This document shows positions 49,200 to 58,917 of a stretch of DNA of 64,000 bases, piece by piece. Made by a program: the position numbers and the translations under genes. The first letter of the stretch is position 1. The number at the start of each line of letters is the position of its first letter. Below the pieces are notes generated by a model that saw only the letters and a program-made list of their open reading frames with translations, did not search any database and was not told where the DNA came from. Source of the DNA: an uncultured delta proteobacterium (GTDB lineage: Bacteria > Myxococcota > Myxococcia > Myxococcales > Myxococcaceae); the NCBI GenBank assembly GCA_963796055.1, contig CAWCKH010000004.1:2976001-3040000 (forward strand), in the 5' to 3' direction.

Positions 49200-50090
49200 A
49201 TGGGCACGCCACCGGAAAGGGTCGTCGTCACCGCCGCTCTGACCGGCGTGCTCGCCACCCGCGAGCAGTGTCCCTACCTCCCCTACACCCCGGCGGAGAT
49301 CGGCGAGGAGGCCCGGCGGGCCTACGAGGCGGGTGCGGCGGTGGTGCACATCCACGGCCGGGCACCCGACGGCGGCCCCACCTGGTCGAGCGAGACCTAC
49401 GCCGAGATCAAGCGGGAGGTGCAGGCGCGCTCGCCGATCATCGTCAACTTCTCCACCGGCGGCTTCAACATGGGCGCCGACGGCGAGGCGGAGAAGGCCG
49501 AGCGGCTTTCCTACGTGCGGACGACGCAGCCGGAGATGGCCGCGCTCAACATGGGGTCGATGAACTACGCCAAGTACTCGGCGGGGAGGAAGGCGTTCGT
49601 CTTCGACCTGGTGTTCCCCAACCCGTTCGGGGACATCCTCCTCGCCGCTGCCGCCATGCGCGCGGGTGGGGTGAAGCCGGAGCTGGAATGCTTCGACCTC
49701 GGGCACGTGGCCAACGCCCAGCCGCTTCTGGAGATGGGCGCGCTGAGGCGGCCGCTCCAGTACAGCTTCATCCTCGGGGTGCTGGGCGGCGCGCCACCGT
49801 CGGCCGAGACGATGGCCGCGATGGCCCGCTCCATCGGGCCCGAGGACACCTGGGAGATCATCGGCATCGGCCGGGGGCAGTGGCGGCTGATCGGCGCAGC
49901 GCTGGCCCTCGGCGGCAACGTGCGGGTGGGGCTCGAGGACAACTTCTACCTGGACGCCGCCGGAACCCAGATGGCGAAGGGCAACGGGCCGCTGGTGGAG
50001 AAGGCGGTGCGGATGGCCCGGGACGTCGGCCGCGAGCCGATGAGCCCCGACGAGGCCCGGCGCGCGCTCTCGCTGCCGCAGGTCTGGTAG
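49200..50090 (+). CDS. Beta-keto acid cleavage enzyme (BKACE/Kce, DUF849)
   Basis: TAALTG, VHIHGR, STGG, KPELECFD, GGNVRVGLEDN. Confidence 0.93.
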   Translation: MGTPPERVVVTAALTGVLATREQCPYLPYTPAEIGEEARRAYEAGAAVVHIHGRAPDGGPTWSSETYAEIKREVQARSPIIVNFSTGGFNMGADGEAEKAERLSYVRTTQPEMAALNMGSMNYAKYSAGRKAFVFDLVFPNPFGDILLAAAAMRAGGVKPELECFDLGHVANAQPLLEMGALRRPLQYSFILGVLGGAPPSAETMAAMARSIGPEDTWEIIGIGRGQWRLIGAALALGGNVRVGLEDNFYLDAAGTQMAKGNGPLVEKAVRMARDVGREPMSPDEARRALSLPQVW

Positions 50091-50124
50091 CCCGCGGCGT
50101 GCGGGGGAGACGAGTGGGGTCGCC

Positions 50125-50538
50125 TCATCCGTTGTTCTGCCTGGCGGCAGGGGGACGGGGCGCATTCCTCGGAGCGCAGGCGGGAGGCTCACCTCTGGGT
50201 CCGCTGCGGCAGAGCCCATCGACCTCCTCTCCCCCGGGCCCGGCGAACTGACAGCTCGCCCCATCCTGCTGACCCTGGCAGGCAGCGAGGGCCTCGGGGG
50301 GTGGACCCCGGAAGGCGTGCGCCGGGGCGCAGGCACTGGTGGTCGAGTCCGGCGCCGCGCGACAGATGCCGGACACCGCGTGGTCGCCGAGCTGGAAGCT
50401 GCAGGCCGCCCCGGCCTCGCGACCCGCGCAGGCATCGACCGCCTCCTGGGGGGGAGAAGGCGCGTGCTCCTGGGCGGGCGCGAGCGGGGCGATGAAGAGG
50501 GAGAGGGCGAGTCCGAGGGAATGCGTCGGTCGGTTCAT
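50125..50538 (-). CDS. Secreted protein with two Cys-rich repeats
   Basis: Signal peptide; PPxEAxxACxGxxxGAxCxF twice. Confidence 0.75.
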   Translation of the reverse strand: MNRPTHSLGLALSLFIAPLAPAQEHAPSPPQEAVDACAGREAGAACSFQLGDHAVSGICRAAPDSTTSACAPAHAFRGPPPEALAACQGQQDGASCQFAGPGGEEVDGLCRSGPRGEPPACAPRNAPRPPAARQNNG

Positions 50539-50607
50539 GGCGGCCGGTTCTCCCCCGACGACGCGAAGCCTGGATGGGTCCCGTGTTGCGGAACGTGTGC
50601 GGGCGCC

Positions 50608-51609
50608 TCAGCGCGCCTGTCCCGTGGGAAGGGCCGGGCCTGCGTCCGGGGGAGGGGCGACGCCTCCCAGGCCACCGTCCGGTGTTCCGCCGTCCGGGAG
50701 CTCGGGCGGGGGGAAGGTGGCCGGAGGCGACACCGCGCCCGGGAAGGGAAGGGCGAGCAGCGCTTGCGGATTCACCCACAGGGTCCCGATGTGCGCGCCG
50801 AAGTGGAGGTGCGGACCGGTGACCCGGCCCGTCTTCCCCACCAGACCGAGGAGCTCCCCCCGCCGCACGTCCTGTCCCGCCTTCACCAGGAACTTCGAGA
50901 AGTGGAAGTAGGCGGTGATGAGTCCCGCGCCGTGGTCGACGAGGACGGTGTTCCCCGAGGTGTAGCAGTCACGCACCATCACCACCCGCCCGTCGTTGGC
51001 GGCGCGGACCTCGTCCCCGGTGGAGCCCTCGAGATCGAGGCCGTAGTGCTGGGTGGTCTTCTTCCCGTTGAGCGTGCGCTTGTCCCCGAAGCGGGCGGTG
51101 ATCTCCGCCTCGCGCGGCTTCTGGAAGTTGTCGCCGAAGGTGCGAGGGTGGTGCGGCCGGTCCCAGGCCTTCTGGAACGCCGCCTGGTCCGCCTTGATGC
51201 GCGCCCGGGCCGAGGCAGGAACCTTGACGAACTTGCTGGCGACGGTGAGCTGGCGCTCGGGGAACTCGGGCGGGACGACCTCCAGCGGCGCATCGAGGGT
51301 CACCGCGCCGGCGGTCACCCTGACCAGAAGGATGCCGGGCTCCTGCTCCACCGGGATGCCGACCAGCGCCTCGGCGTGGTCCTCGCGGACGTAGAACGGC
51401 GCGGACCGACCGCCGACCGTTCCCTCGGGGACGCCCTTCACCCCGCGGACGACGATCAGGACCGGGTCTCCCGGCTTCAGGCGCGGCGGCACCAGCTCGA
51501 TCGAGGGTGCAGCAGCGGCAGCGACGGAAGCGAGGAACGCGAGGAGCGCTGCGGGTCTGCGCAAGGTCGAAGACCAATACCGCGTTCTCGCCGGAATTTG
51601 CAGACGCAA
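50608..51609 (-). CDS. M23-family metallopeptidase
   Basis: HYGLD, GNTVLVDHG, TGRVTGPHLHF; start uncertain. Confidence 0.92.
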   Translation of the reverse strand: MRLQIPARTRYWSSTLRRPAALLAFLASVAAAAAPSIELVPPRLKPGDPVLIVVRGVKGVPEGTVGGRSAPFYVREDHAEALVGIPVEQEPGILLVRVTAGAVTLDAPLEVVPPEFPERQLTVASKFVKVPASARARIKADQAAFQKAWDRPHHPRTFGDNFQKPREAEITARFGDKRTLNGKKTTQHYGLDLEGSTGDEVRAANDGRVVMVRDCYTSGNTVLVDHGAGLITAYFHFSKFLVKAGQDVRRGELLGLVGKTGRVTGPHLHFGAHIGTLWVNPQALLALPFPGAVSPPATFPPPELPDGGTPDGGLGGVAPPPDAGPALPTGQAR

Positions 51610-51734
51610 CGTGGAGGCGTTCGTCTGCCCGCGGGGAAAGCGGCCGACGAACTCACCGAGGCGTCACCCCGGCGCCATCGTCCGCCCGCGCTCTTGCGTG
51701 CTGGATGCGCCCCCTCTCCAAGGAGGCAGCACGC

Positions 51735-52040
51735 ATGGGCAACCCGACGTCGTCCCGGACGTGGATGTGGTTCGCAGCCTCGGCGCTTCTGGCGCTGACC
51801 AGTACCGCCGCGCAAGCCGGTGGGTTCGGCGGTCGCGACGACGACGAGTGGTCCGAGGACGGGCACGAGGAGCACGAGCCGTATGCGATCGGGCTGTGGG
51901 GCGACCTTCCCTATTCCACCTCGCAGGCCGACACCGGCATCCCGAACCTCATCGCCGACATGAACGCGCAGCAGCTGGCGTTCACCGCGCACGACCTCTC
52001 GCTCGCGTCGGCCAACCGCGTCGCGGTCCCGGCGCCGTAG
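51735..52040 (+). pseudogene. Truncated secreted metallophosphoesterase-like gene
   Basis: AAGGAGG RBS; GLWGDLPY..IADMN..FTAHD, broken at the expected HDGD motif. Confidence 0.7.
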
Positions 52041-52049
52041 CGAGCGCCC

Positions 52050-52505
52050 TTACCGGGGGTTGGTGCCCTTCTTCAAGTACGAGACGTGGCAGCGGACGCA
52101 CGTCTCCATCGTCCGGCCGAACGCCGGGGCCAGCGCCGTGTCGTCGTACTTGCGCGCGGCGGTGGCCAGCTCGGTGACCCTTTCTCGAAGTTGCTGATCG
52201 AGCTGCTGGAAGCGGGTGTCCTTCACCACCCCGCCGTCCACCTTCAGGGTGAGCGCGGTGTCCAGCCGGATGCGGTCGGCGGTCTCGGCGATGGCCTTCC
52301 GGTCGACGACGGTCACCGCGTGGGTGAGGGCGAGCAGGTCGGCGCCGTGCCGACTCATCCGGTCGGCGAGCTTGGCCTCGGCGTCGCTGGGGACGCGATC
52401 GGCAGGCATCACCACCGGGGCGGAAGCGCCTTGCTGCTGCGCGTGGGCAGCCACCCATCCCCCTGCGGCCAGCACACAGAACCCTGCGAGGACCCACCGC
52501 GTCAT
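52050..52505 (-). CDS. Class II (c'-like) monohaem cytochrome c
   Basis: Signal peptide; helical; C-terminal CVRCH. Confidence 0.82.
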   Translation of the reverse strand: MTRWVLAGFCVLAAGGWVAAHAQQQGASAPVVMPADRVPSDAEAKLADRMSRHGADLLALTHAVTVVDRKAIAETADRIRLDTALTLKVDGGVVKDTRFQQLDQQLRERVTELATAARKYDDTALAPAFGRTMETCVRCHVSYLKKGTNPR

Positions 52506-52632
52506 GTGCGCACCCTCCCGCGTCCGGACGCTACCGCGGCCGGGCAGGGCAGGCGAGGACGAAGGGTCCCCTGCGGAGATCCATCGGCGGGCCTCCTGCG
52601 TTCGAGGCGCGGAACCCTTCCAGGAGCCTTCC

Positions 52633-53676
52633 ATGCCGAACGTCCCCGCGCTGCTGCTCTCCGCGCTCGTCGTGCTCTCGTCGTCCGATACTCCGCCGTC
52701 CCGCCCACCGCCCGGCCGGCAGGCCCACGCCGAGCCAGACATCGCCCGGCCTTTGCGGTGGCTGCTCCAGGCGCAAGGGCAGGACGGAGGCTGGGGGCCG
52801 GAGGCCGGCGCCCCGGCGGACGTGGCCACCACCAGCCTCTCCGGCATCGCCCTGCTCCGGCTGGGACAGGATGGGCAGGGGCTCTCGGAACCCACCCGCC
52901 GCGCTCTGCGCTACGTCATCCGGGCCGTCGAGCGTGCGCCGGAGCCGTCCGCGTACATCCAGGCAGAGGGGACGCAGCCGCAGCGCAAGCTCGGCCGGGG
53001 AATCGACACCTTCCTCGCCGCGCAGTTCCTCGGAGAGGGGCTGCGCTCGCTCCCCGCCGGGCCGGAGCGCGATCGCACCCGTGCCGCGCTCGATCTCTGC
53101 GTGGCGAAGATCCAGGCGCTGCAGCGGGAGGACGGCAGCTTCTCCAAGGACGGCTGGGCACCGGTGCTCTCCAGCGCCTTCGCCGCCAATGGCCTCCACG
53201 TGGCCAAGGAGGTCGGCGCCAAGGTCGAGAACCGCGCCCTGGCGCGCTCCGAGGAGTACATGCTCCATGGCTACGACCGGGAGCGGAAGGCGTTCCGGAC
53301 CGACGACGCGGCGGGGGTGGCGCTGTACCAGGCGGCGGGCTCGCTCGACGCCGCAGCCCGCGCGGGCAAGCTCGCCGAGGCGCCGGCCCAGGCGGCCCGG
53401 GCGCACCTCGCGGACGAGGCATTCGTCCGCGGCTTCGGCAGCTACGGTGGCGAGGAGCACGTCTCGTACCTCCTCTCCACCGAGGCCTTCGCCCGGGGCG
53501 GTGGGGAGGACTGGACGCGGTGGAGCACGTCGATCCGCACCCGGCTCGCGGGCATCCAGCGCGAGGACGGGACCTGGCGTGGCGACCACTGCATCACCAG
53601 CACCTCGTTCTGCACCGCCGCCTCGCTGATCACCCTGGCCATCCGGCCAGGCAGCCTCCCAGTGAAGCGGGGGTGA
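52633..53676 (+). CDS. Secreted prenyltransferase/squalene-cyclase repeat protein
   Basis: QGQDGGW, QREDGSF, QREDGTW QW-like repeats. Confidence 0.8.
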   Translation: MPNVPALLLSALVVLSSSDTPPSRPPPGRQAHAEPDIARPLRWLLQAQGQDGGWGPEAGAPADVATTSLSGIALLRLGQDGQGLSEPTRRALRYVIRAVERAPEPSAYIQAEGTQPQRKLGRGIDTFLAAQFLGEGLRSLPAGPERDRTRAALDLCVAKIQALQREDGSFSKDGWAPVLSSAFAANGLHVAKEVGAKVENRALARSEEYMLHGYDRERKAFRTDDAAGVALYQAAGSLDAAARAGKLAEAPAQAARAHLADEAFVRGFGSYGGEEHVSYLLSTEAFARGGGEDWTRWSTSIRTRLAGIQREDGTWRGDHCITSTSFCTAASLITLAIRPGSLPVKRG

Positions 53677-53750
53677 CGAGCAGCGAGCGGTGATTGACCC
53701 TCGGCCTGCGGAGCGGGCTGATCCCGCTCCCCCGTCACAGGAGGACTGAC

Positions 53751-54116
53751 ATGGCCAATCCCTTCGTCCACGTCGAGCTGCAGACCACTGATCTCAAGAA
53801 GGCCCGCGACTTCTATGCCCGGCTGTTCGACTGGAAGCTCGAGGACGCGCCGGTACCCGGTTTCGGCACCTACACGATGATCGGCGTCGGGGAGGGGACC
53901 GGCGGCGGAATGATGGCCAGCCCCAATCCGGGCGGGCCGTCCCAGTGGCTGGCCTACGTGGACGTCCCCGACCTCGCCTCGGCCACCCGGAAGGCGAAGG
54001 AGCTGGGGGCGAAGGTGCTGGTCGACAGCACCCCGGTCGCGGACATGGGGAAGTTCAGCATCATCGCCGACCCCACCGGCGCGGCGCTCGGACTGTGGCA
54101 GACGACGCGCAAGTGA
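53751..54116 (+). CDS. VOC/glyoxalase family protein
   Basis: HVELQT, ARDFYARLFDW, WLAYVDV, DPTGAALGLW. Confidence 0.92.
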   Translation: MANPFVHVELQTTDLKKARDFYARLFDWKLEDAPVPGFGTYTMIGVGEGTGGGMMASPNPGGPSQWLAYVDVPDLASATRKAKELGAKVLVDSTPVADMGKFSIIADPTGAALGLWQTTRK

Positions 54117-54215
54117 GCGTCTGAGCGGTCCCCGCTGGTCGCACGCGCCCAGCGGGTCTTCAACACGGGGGGGTGTCTGGTGTGCGACAGCTCGCCCGAC
54201 CGATGCTTGGGGGCA

Positions 54216-55478
54216 ATGCGACCGAGCTTCGTCGGCCTCGCCCTCGGCCTGCTCTGCACGGGATGCGGCGACTCCGGCCCCGGAGGCACCCGCAGCTACT
54301 GGCTCGCAGCCTCCGGGACCCAGCTGGTGGTGACGGGACCGGCCACCGGCTTCCGGCTCACCCAGGCGAACCTGGCAGAGGACGTGGAGGTGGTCGCCAT
54401 TCACCAGGAGTTCTACGGCGTGCCCTGGGACGCCTTTGCCGCGACGCAGCCCGCTCCTCCCGGCTGGGCCACCGCGATGGCCGACCTCGCCGGATTCGCC
54501 CGCGGGGCGGGCAAGCAGGTCTTCCTCTCACTCTCCCCCCTGGACGGCAGCCGGACCTCGCTGGCGCCTCGCATCCGGGTGACGAATGGGGTCGAGGTCA
54601 TGGAGAGCGGCTGGGCCCCCCGGTGCTGGGACTTCCGGGCCGCGTCCGATGGCACCACCTGGCGTGACGCCTACGTCCGCTACGTCCAGTGGATGGTCGA
54701 CCTCTTCCAGCCGGAGTTCCTGAACGTCGGCATCGAGATCAACCTCTGGGACGTCCAGTGCCCGTCGGCCTGGGAGGGGATGGTGGACGTGGTGAACGCG
54801 GCCTACGACGGGGCGAAGCAGCGCCGGCCCGCGGCACGCGTCTTTCCATCGATCCAGATCGACGCGCTCTACGGGCTGGCACCGGGCAGCTGTCCGGCAG
54901 GCGCGGCGCCCGCCCAGTGCTACGAGACCGCCTACGGGCATCTGGCCCGCCTGAAGCGGGACCGGTTCGCCATCTCCTCCTACCCCTACCTGGGGGCGGT
55001 GCCGTCGCTCGAGGCGCTTCCTGCGGACTGGTTCACCCGGGCCGCGGCGCGAGGCGGCGAGCGGCCGCTCATCGCCGAGGCCGGATGGCTCTCCACCCCG
55101 CTGGTGGTCCAGAGCGCGAGCGGGCAATGCGTCACCGCGCTCAGCAGCGACGAGAGCTTCGCCACGGCGTACCTGGATCGCCTCCTGAGCGACGCGGAGC
55201 GCGCGGGGATGGAGCTGGTGACGTGGATCTCCGATCGCGATCTGCTGGTCGCCCCCTTGATGACCGACTGCGGATGCCACCAGAGCTCGGAGTGGTGCGC
55301 GGTGCGGGACCTCTTCCGGGGACCTCCCCCGAGCGGTACGGTCGACACCCAGATCCAGGGCGAGCTCATGATGAAAGCCTTCGGAGCCATGGGGCTGCGG
55401 ACCTACGACGGTGCACCCAGGCCGGCGGTGTACGGGCGGTGGGAGCAAGCGCGACGGCTGCCCGTGGCCGGACAGTGA
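54216..55478 (+). CDS. Lipoprotein with probable glycoside-hydrolase-like TIM barrel
   Basis: Lipobox-like CTGC; GIEIN, ISSYPY, IAEAGW. Confidence 0.6.
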   Translation: MRPSFVGLALGLLCTGCGDSGPGGTRSYWLAASGTQLVVTGPATGFRLTQANLAEDVEVVAIHQEFYGVPWDAFAATQPAPPGWATAMADLAGFARGAGKQVFLSLSPLDGSRTSLAPRIRVTNGVEVMESGWAPRCWDFRAASDGTTWRDAYVRYVQWMVDLFQPEFLNVGIEINLWDVQCPSAWEGMVDVVNAAYDGAKQRRPAARVFPSIQIDALYGLAPGSCPAGAAPAQCYETAYGHLARLKRDRFAISSYPYLGAVPSLEALPADWFTRAAARGGERPLIAEAGWLSTPLVVQSASGQCVTALSSDESFATAYLDRLLSDAERAGMELVTWISDRDLLVAPLMTDCGCHQSSEWCAVRDLFRGPPPSGTVDTQIQGELMMKAFGAMGLRTYDGAPRPAVYGRWEQARRLPVAGQ

Positions 55479-55564
55479 GGCCCGGGTCGCGTGGCGCTGG
55501 AAGCGCTCCTGGCGTCGATGGTAGGCCCCTGGCCCGGCCACGGTGGAAGGGGAGCACGACGACG

Positions 55565-56518
55565 ATGAAGGTGCTGGTCGCGGACGAGCTGTCGGCGGAA
55601 GGTCTGGAGACGCTGCGCAGCGCCCCCGAGCTGACTGTGGAGGTGCGGACCGGGCTGAAGCCGGCCGAGCTCAAGGCCATCCTCGGCGACTACGACGTGC
55701 TCGCGGTCCGCAGCGCCACCCGGGTCACCGCCGAGGTGCTCGAGAACCCGGGCCGACTGAAGATCATCGGCCGCGCCGGGGTGGGAGTGGACAACATCGA
55801 CATCGAGGCCGCCACCCGGAAGGGCGTGGTGGTGATGAACACCCCCGGCGGGAACTCGGTGGCGGTGGCCGAGCTGACCATCGGTCTGATGCTCGCCCTT
55901 CTCCGGGAATTGGTGCCGGCGATCGGCGCGACCAAGTCCGGCAAGTGGGAGAAGAAGAGGTTCGCCACGGGCCACGAGCTGTTCCGCAAGACGGTGGGCC
56001 TGGTGGGCTTCGGCAGCATCGGGCAGCTGGTCGCCCAGCGGTGCATCGCCTTCGGCACCACGGTCATCGCCTATGATCCGCACCCGGTCGAGGCGTCGCG
56101 ACGGCTGGGAGTGCAGATCGTCCCCCTCCAGGAGCTGTTCCGGCGCGCGGACATCGTCTCGCTGCACCTGCCGCTGATGGAGAACACCCGCAAGCTGGTG
56201 GGCAAGAGGCTGCTCGGGTCGATGAGGAAGGGCAGCTACCTCGTCAACTGCGCCCGGGGTGGCATCGTGGACGAGGCGGCGCTGGTCGAGGCACTCCGGG
56301 ACGGCACCCTGGCCGGGGCGGCGATGGACGTGTTCGCCACCGAGCCGGTGCCGGCGGACCACCCCTTACTGTCGCTGGAGAACTTCCTCTGCACCCCCCA
56401 CATCGGGGCGTCCACCGAGGAGGGACAGCTCGCCTGCGCCAACCAGCTGGCCGAGCAGCTCGTGGAGTACGCCCGCACCGGCCACATCCGCCACGCCCTG
56501 AACGGCTCCACGCAGTGA
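55565..56518 (+). CDS. serA: D-3-phosphoglycerate dehydrogenase-like protein (short form)
   Basis: VRSATRV, RAGVGVDNID, GFGSIG, NCARGG, DVF, PHIGAST; no ACT domain. Confidence 0.75.
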   Translation: MKVLVADELSAEGLETLRSAPELTVEVRTGLKPAELKAILGDYDVLAVRSATRVTAEVLENPGRLKIIGRAGVGVDNIDIEAATRKGVVVMNTPGGNSVAVAELTIGLMLALLRELVPAIGATKSGKWEKKRFATGHELFRKTVGLVGFGSIGQLVAQRCIAFGTTVIAYDPHPVEASRRLGVQIVPLQELFRRADIVSLHLPLMENTRKLVGKRLLGSMRKGSYLVNCARGGIVDEAALVEALRDGTLAGAAMDVFATEPVPADHPLLSLENFLCTPHIGASTEEGQLACANQLAEQLVEYARTGHIRHALNGSTQ

Positions 56519-56593
56519 GCGGGTCCCCTGGGCGGCGCCCCCGCGGGGCGCTGGTTCCCTCCCTGACACTTCGTTCCTAGCTTCGGCGGCACC

Positions 56594-57226
56594 ATGCCCC
56601 GCAGCGACAGATTCGACCATTTCACCGTCCCGACGTCCGATGCCGACCGGGACCTGGCCCGCCGGGACAAGCAGGAGGTCGCCGGCCAGTCGGCCGCCCC
56701 CCACGGCGAGACCGACATCCGCTACGGCAAGAAGTTCGCCGAGACCGAGGCCATCCTCAGGGCACGTGCCGAGGAGCGCGCCGCGGTCGAGCCGCAGGAT
56801 TCGGCCGAGACGCCGGACCTGCACCTTGGATCCACCGAGCAACAGGTCACCCCGAGCTCCGGCCCGCCCGCGTCCGGCGCCGTCGCCAGCGAGGTGGGGA
56901 TGCCGGGGATGCGCCAGAGAGCCTCCGGCAAGCGCCGCCACCGCCGCAAGGCCGAGCGCGCCGTCGAGCGGGACGAGACGCCGCCGCTGGGGGCGATGCC
57001 CTCGGCGGAGCTTCCGCCCGCGGCGGAGCAGGTCCTGGCCGAGACCCCCGCCGAGCTCATCGGGGCGTTCCGCGACCAGGTCGACCGCTCGGTGCGCGGG
57101 GTGGGGGAGGCGGCGCGCCAGCTCCGGGCGGCGGGGCGGGAGCTGGCGCGACTGCCGGTGGAGGCGCTCCGGGTCGCCATCCGCGTCGGGCGTTCCTGGC
57201 TCGGCCGCTCGCCCCGCCGTGCATGA
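56594..57226 (+). CDS. Hypothetical protein
   Basis: 210-aa ORF heading the small-protein cluster. Confidence 0.6.
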   Translation: MPRSDRFDHFTVPTSDADRDLARRDKQEVAGQSAAPHGETDIRYGKKFAETEAILRARAEERAAVEPQDSAETPDLHLGSTEQQVTPSSGPPASGAVASEVGMPGMRQRASGKRRHRRKAERAVERDETPPLGAMPSAELPPAAEQVLAETPAELIGAFRDQVDRSVRGVGEAARQLRAAGRELARLPVEALRVAIRVGRSWLGRSPRRA

Positions 57227-57245
57227 AGGGTGTAGCGTTTTCCAC

Positions 57246-57683
57246 GTGAACGGGCGCACGCACAGGACGAGGGACGACCGGCCAGGGGCGACCGAGCTGA
57301 TGGTACAGCTGGCCGCCGACCTCGGGCACCTCGTGGCCCAGCACATCGCCCTGGCCAGGCTCGAGCTCGGCGAGACCGCCCGCCGCACGGGGGTGAGCGT
57401 GGCACAGATCGCCGCCTGCGCCCCGCTGGTGCTGGTGGGCTACGCCTTCTTGAACGCCGCGCTGGCCCTGGCGCTCGGCCGCTGGCTCCCCCTGGCCGGG
57501 GCAGTGGCCCTGGTGGGCCTGCTCAACGTCGCCGGGGGCACGCTGGGCGTCGTCCTCGCCGCGCGCGGCTTGCGCCGACCCAAGCTCGACGAGTCGGTGC
57601 ACGAGCTGGAGCGCACCGCCCAGGCGCTCGCCCCGCATCGGTCCGGGGCCAACGGCCACCCCGCGCTGGAGCGCCGGCCATGA
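57246..57683 (+). CDS. Phage-holin-like/YqjE-type membrane protein
   Basis: LAADLGHLVAQHIALARLEL followed by two TM helices. Confidence 0.75.
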   Translation: MNGRTHRTRDDRPGATELMVQLAADLGHLVAQHIALARLELGETARRTGVSVAQIAACAPLVLVGYAFLNAALALALGRWLPLAGAVALVGLLNVAGGTLGVVLAARGLRRPKLDESVHELERTAQALAPHRSGANGHPALERRP

Positions 57684-57892
57684 CCATCGCCCGCCACGGA
57701 GCGCCGACGACCGAGGCCGAGCTCCGCGAGGAGATCGCGCGCGCGCGGACCCAGGTGGTGGACACCGCCCAGGCGCTGAGACGCCAGCTGCACGACATCT
57801 GGGACGTTCGCTACTGGGTGGCCCGCCGCCCAGGCCTCACCCTGGGGATCGCCTTTGCCACCGGTCTGTGGCTGGGCATCCGGCGCCGCTGA
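57680..57892 (+). CDS. DUF3618-like small protein
   Basis: ELREEIARARTQV..L; C-terminal TM plus RRR. Confidence 0.7.
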   Translation: MTIARHGAPTTEAELREEIARARTQVVDTAQALRRQLHDIWDVRYWVARRPGLTLGIAFATGLWLGIRRR

Positions 57893-57931
57893 CCCAACAC
57901 TCGGAACACCGACCACACCGGAGACGAACCA

Positions 57932-58126
57932 ATGCCCACCACCGACACGCTGTCCGACACGGCCCGCGACATCCAGAACCGGGTGGGCCCCCAGCTCGAA
58001 GAGGCGCGGCGAGAGCTGGACTCGCTGAACCAGCGGGTGGCAGGGTTCATCAAGGAGCGCCCCATCGCCTCGCTGGCCATCGCCCTGGCCGCGGGATTCG
58101 TCATCGGGCGGATCGCCTCTCGCTGA
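57932..58126 (+). CDS. ElaB/YqjD (DUF883)-like tail-anchored protein
   Basis: FIKERPIASLAIALAAGFVIGRI. Confidence 0.8.
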   Translation: MPTTDTLSDTARDIQNRVGPQLEEARRELDSLNQRVAGFIKERPIASLAIALAAGFVIGRIASR

Positions 58127-58147
58127 ACCCCGAACCGGACCCCACGC

Positions 58148-58513
58148 ATGGCCACCAATCCCCCTTCCGGTAACGGACAGCACCAGACGCAGGGTTTCGT
58201 CGGCCGGGTGGGCCACCTGAACGACAGCGCCCACCAGCTCCTCGAGGAGGCGAAGAGCACCTTCGAGGACCTCGGCCAGGTCATCGACCTCCGCGGACGC
58301 GTGCAGCGGCATCCCTACGCGATGGTTGCCGCGGCCCTCGGCGTGGGGTACGTGCTCGGGGGTGGCCTCTTCAGTGCGCTCACCTTCCGGGTGGTCGGCC
58401 TCGGAATGCGGCTGGCGGCAGTCCCGCTGGTGAAGAACCAGCTGCTCGGCCTAGCCGAGGCCGCAGTGTCTGGATTCACCGGCGGCAGAGACGACGTCGG
58501 CTCGCCGTCCTGA
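58148..58513 (+). CDS. Small membrane protein
   Basis: VQRHPYAMVAAALGVGYVLGGG. Confidence 0.75.
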   Translation: MATNPPSGNGQHQTQGFVGRVGHLNDSAHQLLEEAKSTFEDLGQVIDLRGRVQRHPYAMVAAALGVGYVLGGGLFSALTFRVVGLGMRLAAVPLVKNQLLGLAEAAVSGFTGGRDDVGSPS

Positions 58514-58526
58514 GAGGAGAACCACG

Positions 58527-58808
58527 ATGCTGAGCCTGAAGGATCTCAAGAAGCTGGACCGGGACGACCTCCTGGACCTGGTGGGCCTGCAGCGGGCGAG
58601 CTCGAGCGACTGGGTGGCTCCGGCGCTGACCGCGCTGGGCGTGGGGCTCCTGGTCGGCGTCGGGGTGGGCCTGCTGCTCGCGCCCAAGCCGGGCGTCGAG
58701 CTGCGCAACGACCTTCGGGACAAGCTCCGCTCCGCGCAGGATGCCCTGCCGGATCAGCTCAAGGGTGCGACCTCGAGCGCAGGCGCCTCGACCCGCTCCG
58801 TTCCCTGA
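58527..58808 (+). CDS. YtxH-domain protein
   Basis: GLLLAPKPGVELRNDL. Confidence 0.85.
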   Translation: MLSLKDLKKLDRDDLLDLVGLQRASSSDWVAPALTALGVGLLVGVGVGLLLAPKPGVELRNDLRDKLRSAQDALPDQLKGATSSAGASTRSVP

Positions 58809-58917
58809 GCCGGAGCCGGCGCGGGGGCACATCGGGCTTGTCCGGCCCGGGGGGTGACGGCAACATGCCGGCCCCCTGTCACCGCGTTTCCCGTCCGCCG
58901 GGCGCCGCTTCCTGCGC

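Noticed and set aside
57246..57683. Prophage lysis gene
   Set aside because: Holin-like YqjE family in a stress cluster; no phage genes nearby
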